Assembly: GCA_965223845.1 (NCBI GenBank)
Contig: CBDCXR010000004.1
Coordinates: forward strand, 4,256,001 to 4,320,000
Direction of reading: 5' to 3'
Origin: Planctomycetota bacterium
Lineage (GTDB): Bacteria > Planctomycetota > UBA8108 > SXIK01
Length of the DNA: 64,000 nucleotides
Position numbers and translations under genes: made by a program. The notes below the pieces were generated by a model. The model worked only from the letters and a program-made list of their open reading frames with translations, did not search any database and was not told where the DNA came from. Shown here one piece after another: positions 17,761-26,947 of this stretch; the first letter of the stretch is position 1, and every line of letters begins with the position of its first letter.

Positions 17761-20292
17761 ATGAGAACGACGAGAAAAAGCTCCCCTGCCTTTGGGAACC
17801 GACTCAAGGGAACGCTGTTGCTTTGCATCTCTCTTGTCAGCGCCGCGAGCGTGGCAGCCGACGTGCCCGCGGTCTTGCCGCGGCCCGACCAGACTCCGCC
17901 CTCGAAGGGTAAGGTCAAGGTCTACGTCCTGGCGGGGCAATCCAACATGGTCGGCTTCGGATATCTCCAGGGAGCCCGCCCCGTCTATCCGAGCATCTAC
18001 CTCTCGGCAGATCCGAACATCAAGATCGGTCGCATGCCGGTTGGCCCATCGGCACTGTTGCGGCACGGGATCTATCAGGCGGCCGACAGCGATGCCATGG
18101 GCGCCAAGGTTGCCATCTATCCGGGGGCGTACAAGGAGGGCGCGGACTACAGCGCGTTGACGCCCGTCAAAGAGACGACCGTTGCCCTCGGCACGGTGGC
18201 CGCTCGGTTACCCGCGATCGATGCGCCTCACACGGTGGTCGCGAGAGCGTTCATCGATGTCCCCATGAGCGGAACTCACGAGCTTCACCCCGGCTTCGAG
18301 GAGAGCACTCAGGCCGTCGTTTCCCTCGAGGGCCGGGAGGTCTACCGCAAGGATCCCGGCAAAGACGCGGTGGTGACGCCGGTCTCCCTGGAACGAGGCA
18401 AGCGATACCCGATCGCCATCACGTACATGAAGGGGGGATCTGCGGCCTTCTGGCTCAAGCAGATCGATCTCAAGGGCAAGGGCGATCTCATCACTCTGAT
18501 CGAGGACGGCAAGTACACCTGGTTCGCCGACGCCGAGGGCAAGTGGACCGTCCGCAACGACGTGACCTACTGGGAGACGCGCATCTCCAAAAAAGAAGGC
18601 GGCAGCGGAGGACCGCTCTCGACGACCTCCAACGGCAGGTTCATCGGTCCCGAAGTTCCCTTCGGCTACGTGATGGGAACCTACCACGACGAGCCGGTGC
18701 TGCTGATCGAATCATCGATGGGCAACCGGGCGCTCAGCTTCGACTTTCGTCCGCCTTCCAGCGGGAAGACCGAGGAAGAAAAAGCCAACGAATATTGCGG
18801 TTACGAGTACGACGCCATGGTTCGGGGCGTACACACCACGCTCGAGAACATCGAGAAGGTGGTGCCGAGCTACGAGGGGCAAGGCTACGAGATCGCCGGC
18901 TTCGTCTGGTTCCAGGGGCACAAGGACAAGAACGTTCCCAAGGCGGTCTACGAGAAACACCTCGTGAATCTCATTCAGGACCTGCGCAAGGAATTCAAGA
19001 CTCCGGAAATGCCGGCGGTAGTGGCCACGGTCGGCTTCGGCGGAATGGACATGGATCCCGGCCACTTCATGACTTGGGAGGCCCAGATGGCGGTCGGCGA
19101 TCCGGAGCAGCATCCCGAGTTCGCCGGCAAAGTGGCCACCGTGGACACCCGTGGATTCTGGAGGTCTCGGGGAGAGTCACCGACGGGCACTGGCTACCAC
19201 TACAACCACAATGCAGAGACCTACGTTCTCATCGGCGACGCGCTCGGGCGCGCCATGGTGCGGTTGCTCGGCGGCACGGCGGAGAAGCTGATCGTTCCGG
19301 CGGAGCCGAAGCAGCACCCGGACGTCGCGACGATCTATTCGGATGCGGTAACGGGTCGCTTCAACAAGAGAGGTCCTCACTACGGCCCCGAGTACTACCG
19401 GGCGATGGGTCAGGCGCTGAAGCCGATCATCATGGACGAGATGGTCCCGGGATTCCTGGAGTCAGCGCTCGGTCCCAAGAGCCGCGGCGCACTCAAGGGG
19501 ATCGTGTCCGGCGAAAAGCCGAAGCGAATGCCGGCCGACATTCGCACCGAGCTCGACACTCTCATCGATTACTACGATATGGCGGGAGTTCCGGGCTACG
19601 GGTGGAAGCCTTTCGGCGAAATGCGCAAGGCTCGCTGGTCGTACTTCAGTTTCGATCCACCGGAAAAGCAGGAACTTACCAAGAGCGATCGCTACCGCGA
19701 GATCACCTTCCCGAAGGGAACGGAGAGCTGGTTCGAGAAGAACTTCGATCCGGACAAGGCCGGTTGGAAGACCGGCAGAGCTCCTTTCGGGCAGATGGGC
19801 GGCAAGCTCGACAGACGGCGTCCCCGGTGCAACGGATCTCTCTGCGGTTGCAGTGAGATGCCGGTCACGCTCTGGGAAAAGGAGGTCCTGCTCATGCGGA
19901 AAACCTTCGACCTCCCGCCGATCAAGAAAGGACACGTCTATCGTTTGATCCTGGGCGGGGCGGGATGCGATCGCTCGGGTGAGGGCTTTGCCATCTACGT
20001 CAACGGGAAGTTGCTAACCCAGGTGAACGGCGGCTTCTTTCGCTATTCCGGCATTCGAGGTGCATATCTCTTCGAAGACATCCGGCCGGAATTCGAGAGC
20101 GGCAGGGTGACGATCTCGATCATCAACTTCCTGCGCTATACGCACTTCAGAAACAAGACCACCTACTTCGGGCCCCATCCCGATTACTACGCCAAGCCCG
20201 TGCCTCCCAATGGCCACGTCGACCTGTGGATGGAGGAGGCGAGACTTTCCCCCGCTGTTCTCGAGGCGGCGGAAGCCGCTAGAGGCGACTGA
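17761..20292 (+). CDS. Secreted SASA-family esterase with PA14-like insert and C-terminal beta-sandwich extension
   Basis: VYVLAGQSNM, GPEVPFG, GFVWFQG, YHYNHN; paralogous to the upstream gene. Confidence 0.8.
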   Translation: MRTTRKSSPAFGNRLKGTLLLCISLVSAASVAADVPAVLPRPDQTPPSKGKVKVYVLAGQSNMVGFGYLQGARPVYPSIYLSADPNIKIGRMPVGPSALLRHGIYQAADSDAMGAKVAIYPGAYKEGADYSALTPVKETTVALGTVAARLPAIDAPHTVVARAFIDVPMSGTHELHPGFEESTQAVVSLEGREVYRKDPGKDAVVTPVSLERGKRYPIAITYMKGGSAAFWLKQIDLKGKGDLITLIEDGKYTWFADAEGKWTVRNDVTYWETRISKKEGGSGGPLSTTSNGRFIGPEVPFGYVMGTYHDEPVLLIESSMGNRALSFDFRPPSSGKTEEEKANEYCGYEYDAMVRGVHTTLENIEKVVPSYEGQGYEIAGFVWFQGHKDKNVPKAVYEKHLVNLIQDLRKEFKTPEMPAVVATVGFGGMDMDPGHFMTWEAQMAVGDPEQHPEFAGKVATVDTRGFWRSRGESPTGTGYHYNHNAETYVLIGDALGRAMVRLLGGTAEKLIVPAEPKQHPDVATIYSDAVTGRFNKRGPHYGPEYYRAMGQALKPIIMDEMVPGFLESALGPKSRGALKGIVSGEKPKRMPADIRTELDTLIDYYDMAGVPGYGWKPFGEMRKARWSYFSFDPPEKQELTKSDRYREITFPKGTESWFEKNFDPDKAGWKTGRAPFGQMGGKLDRRRPRCNGSLCGCSEMPVTLWEKEVLLMRKTFDLPPIKKGHVYRLILGGAGCDRSGEGFAIYVNGKLLTQVNGGFFRYSGIRGAYLFEDIRPEFESGRVTISIINFLRYTHFRNKTTYFGPHPDYYAKPVPPNGHVDLWMEEARLSPAVLEAAEAARGD

Positions 20293-20342
20293 GTAGGACT
20301 TCCCGATTCGATCATCTTCGGTCGGAACGGGACGAGCGGACG

Positions 20343-21578
20343 ATGGACAAGATCAACAAACGCGAGTTCCTCAAGCGGGCGACGCTGCTCGGGGCGGGAG
20401 CAGTCGTCCCAGCGTCCGCGGCCGAGGACGCGCCTGCTCCGGCGAGCAGTCCGCCCTCGACGGACATCGTTGACGAGCGATTCGCATCCACCACGGGTCG
20501 TCAGTTCGGATCTCAGGTGATCCATCACGGCGAGGCGGACGGTTACCAAGTCACACCGATCAGCCAGGACAAGGCGTCCCCGAGCTACCAACGGCCCGGC
20601 AATCTGCACAATCCGACCGTTGCCGCCTTGTTGCGCAAAGTACTGGAAACGGAGGGTTCCGAAGCGGCAGTGGGAGGAGCCTGCGGCATGAGCGTCATCT
20701 CGCAGACCTACACGGCGCTGCTGAGGCCAGGGGATCGCGTGGTGGTTCACCGCTGCAACTACGACTGGGTGATGACCCTGTTCCGCGATTTCTTACCGGC
20801 TTGGAACGTCGACGTTCAGTTCGTGGATCTGACCGATCCCGAGAACCTGGTGAGGTCTCTGAAGGCCAAGCCCGCCGAGTTCGTCCACTGGGAACCCTAC
20901 GTGAACCCGACGATGGAGGTGTTGGACACGCCCTCCCTGATCAAGATCGCCAAGGCGGCTGGCGCTACGGTGATCGTAGACAACACCTGGCTGACTCCCT
21001 ACCTGCTGCAGCCCTTTCGCATGGGCGCCGACCTGGTGATTCACAGCCTAACGAAGTACATGGGCGGTCACGGCAATGCCATGGGCGGCGTGGTCTCCGG
21101 CCGGAGCGCTCTCGTGAAAAGGATCGAAGCGGCGCAAAACTGGATGGGCGGCTTGTTGAGGCCCATGGACGCCTTTCTCGTCACGCAGGGAGTGAAAACG
21201 CTTCCCTTGCGGATGCGCCAGCATTCCCGTTCCGCACAAATGGTTGCCGAGTTTCTCCAGTCGCATCCGGCGGTTGCCCGCGTGCGCTATGGCGGCCTGC
21301 CGGCTTGGAACCCGCGTGCTGAGTCCGGCTCTCCGAAGGCGTTCGGCGGCATGCTGGGCGTCGAATGGAAAAAGGACGTCGTCCATCGAGACTTGGGCAA
21401 GCACGTCGAGCTGATCCTCAATGCCACGAGCTTGGGCGACCCGGTCACCAGGATCACGCGGCGCGACGAGGAGACGTCCCGCGGGATACCCGCGCGATTC
21501 ACACGCGTTTCGATCGGATTGGAAGAAACGGCAGACTTGATCGCCGACTTCGATCAAGCGATCGCGCGGTGTGGGTAG
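20343..21578 (+). CDS. PLP-dependent Cys/Met metabolism enzyme (cystathionine/methionine gamma-lyase family) with Tat-like signal
   Basis: VDNTWLTP, HSLTKYMGGH (PLP lysine), SLG, RVSIGLE; N-terminus NKREFLK plus h-region plus ASA. Confidence 0.85.
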   Translation: MDKINKREFLKRATLLGAGAVVPASAAEDAPAPASSPPSTDIVDERFASTTGRQFGSQVIHHGEADGYQVTPISQDKASPSYQRPGNLHNPTVAALLRKVLETEGSEAAVGGACGMSVISQTYTALLRPGDRVVVHRCNYDWVMTLFRDFLPAWNVDVQFVDLTDPENLVRSLKAKPAEFVHWEPYVNPTMEVLDTPSLIKIAKAAGATVIVDNTWLTPYLLQPFRMGADLVIHSLTKYMGGHGNAMGGVVSGRSALVKRIEAAQNWMGGLLRPMDAFLVTQGVKTLPLRMRQHSRSAQMVAEFLQSHPAVARVRYGGLPAWNPRAESGSPKAFGGMLGVEWKKDVVHRDLGKHVELILNATSLGDPVTRITRRDEETSRGIPARFTRVSIGLEETADLIADFDQAIARCG

Positions 21579-21686
21579 GATCGGCGGGGGCGCTGGGCGC
21601 GGGGCGGGATCGCCGCGACGTCAGAATCTGCTTCGCGCCCCCAAAAAAAACCCGGCGCGATCCACTTTTTCTTGTGGCGCGCATTG

Positions 21687-21701
21687 GTTTAGCTGCTAAA
21701 C
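21687..21701. promoter_or_regulatory. Putative MarR operator 1
   Basis: GTTTAG-CTG-CTAAAC palindrome 7 bp before the marR ATG. Confidence 0.75.
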
Positions 21702-21708
21702 TTTTGGC

Positions 21709-22176
21709 ATGTCGCTCACACCGAGAACTCGCCCAGTCGTGATGCAGCTCACCCGGCTCGTAAATGTCTGGAAAGCCTACGACCGCCTCGGACACGAGGT
21801 GGCGGGCGAACACCTGACGGCCGGCGAGATGCAAACGATCAAGGTAGCGGCGGAATTCCCCGAGCTGAACACCACCGAGCTCGCCGAAGAGCTCGGTGTC
21901 ACGAAAGGGGCGATCTCTCAGGCCATCAGCAAGCTCGTCGACCGAGGCCTGCTCGAGCGCTACCGAGAATCTGACGACGAGCGCAACACCTTCACGCGAC
22001 TGACCAAAAAAGGCGCGCGGATTTACGACAAGCATTCCCAGAGTTACGAGAAGGACATTCGCGCGTTCGATGCCCTGCTCAAGGAGGCAGACCCGAGTCA
22101 CGTGGACTTCATGCTCGAGTTCGTGAGCAAGGTCGAGGGGTTCTTTCGCCAGCAGTTGACGGGAACCGACCGGTAG
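21709..22176 (+). CDS. MarR-family transcriptional regulator
   Basis: TELAEELGVTKGAISQAISKLVDRGLLER...DER...LTKKG. Confidence 0.92.
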   Translation: MSLTPRTRPVVMQLTRLVNVWKAYDRLGHEVAGEHLTAGEMQTIKVAAEFPELNTTELAEELGVTKGAISQAISKLVDRGLLERYRESDDERNTFTRLTKKGARIYDKHSQSYEKDIRAFDALLKEADPSHVDFMLEFVSKVEGFFRQQLTGTDR

Positions 22177-22195
22177 ATTTTTTTTTGGACCATTT

Positions 22196-22210
22196 GTTTA
22201 GTAGCTAAAC
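22196..22210. promoter_or_regulatory. Putative MarR operator 2
   Basis: GTTTAG-TAG-CTAAAC upstream of SDR1. Confidence 0.75.
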
Positions 22211-22229
22211 CTAAGAGAGGAACGACCAC

Positions 22230-23087
22230 ATGCAGAAGGCCAACAAGACCGTCCTGATCACGGGCTGCTCGAGCGGCTTCGGGAAGCTTGCTGCGAGGAC
22301 GTTTTGGGACAGGGGCTGGAATGTCGTGGCGACCATGCGGAACCCGGGGAAGGAAACGGAACTCACGCGACTTGAAGGGCTGCTCGTCACCAGACTCGAC
22401 GTGACGGACGTCGAGAGCATCCGCGAAGCCGTCGACGCTGTGATCGAACGCTTCGGCTCGATCGACGTTTTGGTCAATAACGCAGGATACGGCGGTCACG
22501 CTCTCTTCGAGCAAATGAGCGACGACGCGATTCGCCGAATGTACGACACGAACGTCCTCGGCGTGATGAACGTGACCCGGGCGGTGCTGCCCGCCATGCG
22601 ACGGCAGAACGAAGGAACCGTCATCAACGTCACATCGATGGTCGGGCTGATGGGCGCGCCCACAATTTCCGTCTACACCTCGACGAAATTCGCCGTCGAA
22701 GGGCTGTCGGAAGCGATGGCTCTCGAATACCAGCCTCTGAACATCTCGGTGAAGACGGTTGCACCGGGCGCCTACCCAACGACTCGATTCACCGTGAACA
22801 CTGACGACGACCTGAACGCTGGCGGTGAAGAACTCGCCTCCTACGCGAAGAGTCTCTACGCCCATTTGCAGGGCGTTGTGCAGGGCATGTCGGCTCAAGG
22901 CGGAAAGGAAGCGGATCCGCAGGAGGTTGCCGACAAGATCTACGAATGCGCGACGACGGAAACGCCCGTGCATAACCCGGTCGGTGCCGACGCGGAGATG
23001 CTCGCCGAGATGATGGGCCATGGATCGCGTCACGACTTCTTGAACCACTTGGCAGGTATGGTGCTGCCAGCCCAGAAGACGAGCTGA
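22230..23087 (+). CDS. Short-chain dehydrogenase/reductase
   Basis: TGCSSGFG, NNAG, YTSTK. Confidence 0.93.
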   Translation: MQKANKTVLITGCSSGFGKLAARTFWDRGWNVVATMRNPGKETELTRLEGLLVTRLDVTDVESIREAVDAVIERFGSIDVLVNNAGYGGHALFEQMSDDAIRRMYDTNVLGVMNVTRAVLPAMRRQNEGTVINVTSMVGLMGAPTISVYTSTKFAVEGLSEAMALEYQPLNISVKTVAPGAYPTTRFTVNTDDDLNAGGEELASYAKSLYAHLQGVVQGMSAQGGKEADPQEVADKIYECATTETPVHNPVGADAEMLAEMMGHGSRHDFLNHLAGMVLPAQKTS

Positions 23088-23116
23088 GAGCCGCTCTCTC
23101 TTTTTTTCGAGTCATA

Positions 23117-23131
23117 GTTTAGCAACTAAAC
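23117..23131. promoter_or_regulatory. Putative MarR operator 3
   Basis: GTTTAG-CAA-CTAAAC upstream of SDR2. Confidence 0.75.
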
Positions 23132-23146
23132 CGTAGGAGCAGCGCG

Positions 23147-23974
23147 ATGTCAGTCAGGAACAATAAGGTCGTCCTTGTCACCGGAGCTTCGTCGGGTATC
23201 GGAAAAGAAATCGCGAAACAGCTGCTGGGCGAGGGATACACCGTCTACGCTGCGGCGCGGCGACTCGAGCGAATGCAGGACATCGAGGAGCTGGGCGCCA
23301 TCCCGATTCGGATGGACATCAGCAAGGACGAGGACATCGTCGCTGCTGTTGATCGGATCGCGTCCGGTCACGGCGGAGTGGATGTCCTCGTCAACAACGC
23401 GGGATTCGCCACCTACGGGGCGATGGAGGATACGTCCACGAAAGACGCCCGTTATCAGTTTGAGGTGAATCTGTTCGGTCTATCGCGCCTGACGCAGCTC
23501 CTTCTCCCCCACATGCGCGAGCAACGCTCTGGCACGATCATCAACATCTCGTCGGTCGGCGGAAAGATCTACACGCCGTTGGGCTCCTGGTACCACGCCA
23601 CCAAGCACGCGCTCGAAGGCTGGAGCGATTGCCTGCGCCTCGAGCTGAAGCGGTTCGGGATTCACGTCGTGATCGTGGAGCCTGGAGCCGTCATTACCGA
23701 GTTCGGGGACGTCATGACCGCTCCCATGCTCGAGCGCTCCGGCGACACCGTCTATGCACCACTCGCGAAGCGCGTGGCCGAAATGACCAAGAAAGCGTAC
23801 GAGGGCAGAAGAGGCTCGCCGCCATCCGTCATCGCCGAGGTCATCTCGAAAGCGGTTCGGGCTCCTCGGCCCAAGACACGCTACGCGGCGGGCAAGTACA
23901 GCTTCATGACCCTGTTTCTGCGGCGCTGGCTCAGCGACCGGCTGTTCGACCGTGTCATCATGTCGATGTTGTGA
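23147..23974 (+). CDS. Short-chain dehydrogenase/reductase
   Basis: TGASSGIG, NNAG, YHATK. Confidence 0.93.
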   Translation: MSVRNNKVVLVTGASSGIGKEIAKQLLGEGYTVYAAARRLERMQDIEELGAIPIRMDISKDEDIVAAVDRIASGHGGVDVLVNNAGFATYGAMEDTSTKDARYQFEVNLFGLSRLTQLLLPHMREQRSGTIINISSVGGKIYTPLGSWYHATKHALEGWSDCLRLELKRFGIHVVIVEPGAVITEFGDVMTAPMLERSGDTVYAPLAKRVAEMTKKAYEGRRGSPPSVIAEVISKAVRAPRPKTRYAAGKYSFMTLFLRRWLSDRLFDRVIMSML

Positions 23975-24235
23975 TCGGATTGCGGCGTTTCGAAGCGACG
24001 TCCTCGCGCCGGGCACCAGATCTACGACCAACCGCTCGCGAGCGATCGCGTAGCCGAAAGCGCACGACCGCCGCGGAGCCCGAGCCGCAAAGCTAGCCCC
24101 TCGCGCCTTTTCCGAAGCGCGAGGTGGGCCGCGGACTTGTTATCATCCGGCGTGGAAGATTGAGTCCGCCCGTTGTTCCGGTGCGCGGACTCCTGAGGGA
24201 TCGTTCCCAATCGCGAGCCTTCTCAGTCGAGAGTC

Positions 24236-26947
24236 ATGAATCGAACACCCCGTACTCTTCTATCCGGGCTCATCGCCTCGTTGCTTGCTGGCGGCTTCGG
24301 CTCGTACGCCGCGGAGCCCGAGCCGGGAGCGGCCGAGGAGCAGGTACGCTTCGACGGCGACACCTGGCTCGAAATCGCCGAGTCGGATGACCTCAATCTC
24401 CACGACGAAGACTTCACGATCTACGCGAGGATCCGCACGGATGATGGCGGGGCCATCTTCTCGAAGGCGAGACGTCGTGGAGACTGGTCGCCGAACAGCA
24501 AGTGCTTCTTTCTTCAGAATGGGCACCTCGCCTACGACGTCGGCTGGGTGGGCATGACCGCCACTGCGCGGCCCGTCGCGGAGGAGGAAGGCTGGCACGA
24601 TGTCGCGCTCACGTGGCGCAGCGAGGACGGGCGCGTGCGCTTCTGGATCGACGGAGACTGGGCGCATATCGAGAACTTCGAAGAGGACGAGGAGCCGAGC
24701 GAAGAAGACGAAGACGAAGACGAAGAAGAGGAAGAGGAAGAGGAAGAGCGACCCGGCTATCTTCGGCCGCGACGCGAGGTCCGCGGTCACGTTGTTCGCA
24801 TCGGGTACGCGCGTCCCGACTTCCCGGAGGAGGTCGGCGCGTTTGCCGGCGACATCGAGGTCGTGCGTTTCTATCAGCGTTCGCTGTCGAACGCCGAGCT
24901 CGATGCCGTTCGGAGCGGCCGGCCGCCGAAGCGCGGCTTGCGGGGCGAGTGGAAGACGCAGAGCTCGATCGACGGAGAGGTCGCCGACTCGGCGGGACGG
25001 GGCCATTTCGCAAGCGTCAAGCGAGCGGAGCCGGAGCCGGTGCTCGAGATCATCCCGAAGGTCGAGCGAAAGAAGCCGGAGCCGGTCGAGCTGCCGAAAG
25101 ACGTCTATACGCTCGACGAGGTCCACCCTCTTCTCAAAGAGCACTGCATCCGCTGTCACGGGAAGCGCCGATCCCGCGGCGAGCTCGACGTCGAGAGCGC
25201 GCTCGAGCAGCAGCCCCTCGTCCGCAACCTCGACCTCTGGAAGAACGTGCTCCATCGGATCGAGCACGGTGAGATGCCGCCCGAGGACGAAGATCAGCCG
25301 TCCCGCATCGAGCGCGCGATGCTCGTTCGCTGGCTCGACCGAGAGATCAACGAGTTCGACTACAGTCAGATCGACAACCCGGGTTTCGAGCCCGCTCGTC
25401 GCCTCACGCATGCGGAGTACTCGAATACGCTAGGCGATCTCTTCGGTGTCGACGTCGACGTCGAACACCTCTTCCCGGAAGATCTCAGCGGTACGAGCGG
25501 ATTCGACAACAGCGCCAACACGCTCTTCATTCAACCTCTCTTGATGGAGCGGTACATGAGTGCCGCGGATCTCGCGGTCGCGCGCGCGTTGCCGTCGGAG
25601 GCGAAAACGGACGTCGAGAAGCGAGTCCGGAAGAGGATCCTCATCGCGGAGCCCGGCCTCGGGAAGGGTGCCGAGAGGAGTGACGTCGAGGCCGCCGCCG
25701 AGATCATCGACCGCTTTCTACCGCGGGCGTACCGGCGACCGGTCGACTCGGCCGAGATCGAGGAGATACGGGCACTCTTCTCGAAGATCCGAACCGGAGG
25801 CGACGACTTCGACACTTCGATCCGGAAGACGCTCGCAGCGATCCTGGTGTCACCGAAGTTTTTGCTTCGGCTCGAGGACTCGAAGGACGGTGCCGAGCCG
25901 TACGCGGTCGGCGAGTACGAGATGGCGAATCGTCTCGCCTACTTCCTTTGGGCGTCCATGCCGGACGACGAGCTCTTCGAGCTCGCCCGAGCGCGGAAGC
26001 TACGCGATCCCGAGGTCATCGAGAAGCAGGTCGCGCGCTTGCTCGCCGATCCTCGTGCGGAGACACTTGGCAGCATCTTTGCCGCGCAGTGGCTCGGCTT
26101 TGGCATTCTCGGGACTCGCGTGCGGATGGATCCGATCGACAATCCCTGGTGCACCGACACCCTGATGGCGTCGATGCGCCATGAGACCGAAATGCTCGTC
26201 GCTTCGCTGATCCACGACAACGCGCCGATCACACGCTTGATCGATGCGAACTACACATTTCTCAATGAGGAGTTGGCGAAACACTACCGGTTGGACGGCA
26301 TCGAAGGCGAAACGATGCGGCGCGTTCAACTGGAGGACTCGAGGCGCCACGGCGTGCTCGGCCACGGCAGCATTCTCGCGATCACAGCCTTTCCGGGGCG
26401 TACCAGTCCCGTCGTCCGCGGGCGCTGGATCCTCGATGATCTGCTCGGAACGCCGCCACCACCGCCTCCGCCGAACGCGGACGAAATCTCCGAAGAGATC
26501 CGCGAGAACCGACGCCTGACGCAGCGGCAGAAGTTGGCGCTCCATCGCCAGAACCCGAAGTGCGCGTCCTGCCACGACGAGATGGACCCGCTCGGTCTGA
26601 GCCTAGAGAACTTCGACTGGTTCGGTCGCTGGCGGGAACGCTCTCGCGGTCGGAAGGTCGACGCGACCGGACAGCTTTCGGACGGTACGGAATTCGTCGG
26701 GCCGGACGGCCTGCGCCGTGTCATCCTCGAGAAGAAGCGCGGCGACCTCGTTCGACAGGTCACGCGCAAGATGCTGTCCTACGCGCTCGGGCGTCAGCTC
26801 GAGTACTACGACGAACCGGCGGTGCGAAAGATCATCGCCGCGCTCGAGGAGGACGGGTATCGTTTTCAGACGCTGATTCGTGAAGTCGTCATGAGCTACC
26901 CATTCCGGTACCGCAAGAATCCCGGAGCGCCCGACTCAGGAGAATGA
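24236..26947 (+). CDS. DUF1592/1588/1587/1595/1585 planctomycete cytochrome c protein with N-terminal LamG-like domain
   Basis: CIRCH and CASCH heme motifs; RRLTHAEYSNT, SPKFL, RLAYFLWASMPD, TSPVVRG; LamG-like WHDVALTW...FAGDIEVVRFY. Confidence 0.88.
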   Translation: MNRTPRTLLSGLIASLLAGGFGSYAAEPEPGAAEEQVRFDGDTWLEIAESDDLNLHDEDFTIYARIRTDDGGAIFSKARRRGDWSPNSKCFFLQNGHLAYDVGWVGMTATARPVAEEEGWHDVALTWRSEDGRVRFWIDGDWAHIENFEEDEEPSEEDEDEDEEEEEEEEERPGYLRPRREVRGHVVRIGYARPDFPEEVGAFAGDIEVVRFYQRSLSNAELDAVRSGRPPKRGLRGEWKTQSSIDGEVADSAGRGHFASVKRAEPEPVLEIIPKVERKKPEPVELPKDVYTLDEVHPLLKEHCIRCHGKRRSRGELDVESALEQQPLVRNLDLWKNVLHRIEHGEMPPEDEDQPSRIERAMLVRWLDREINEFDYSQIDNPGFEPARRLTHAEYSNTLGDLFGVDVDVEHLFPEDLSGTSGFDNSANTLFIQPLLMERYMSAADLAVARALPSEAKTDVEKRVRKRILIAEPGLGKGAERSDVEAAAEIIDRFLPRAYRRPVDSAEIEEIRALFSKIRTGGDDFDTSIRKTLAAILVSPKFLLRLEDSKDGAEPYAVGEYEMANRLAYFLWASMPDDELFELARARKLRDPEVIEKQVARLLADPRAETLGSIFAAQWLGFGILGTRVRMDPIDNPWCTDTLMASMRHETEMLVASLIHDNAPITRLIDANYTFLNEELAKHYRLDGIEGETMRRVQLEDSRRHGVLGHGSILAITAFPGRTSPVVRGRWILDDLLGTPPPPPPPNADEISEEIRENRRLTQRQKLALHRQNPKCASCHDEMDPLGLSLENFDWFGRWRERSRGRKVDATGQLSDGTEFVGPDGLRRVILEKKRGDLVRQVTRKMLSYALGRQLEYYDEPAVRKIIAALEEDGYRFQTLIREVVMSYPFRYRKNPGAPDSGE

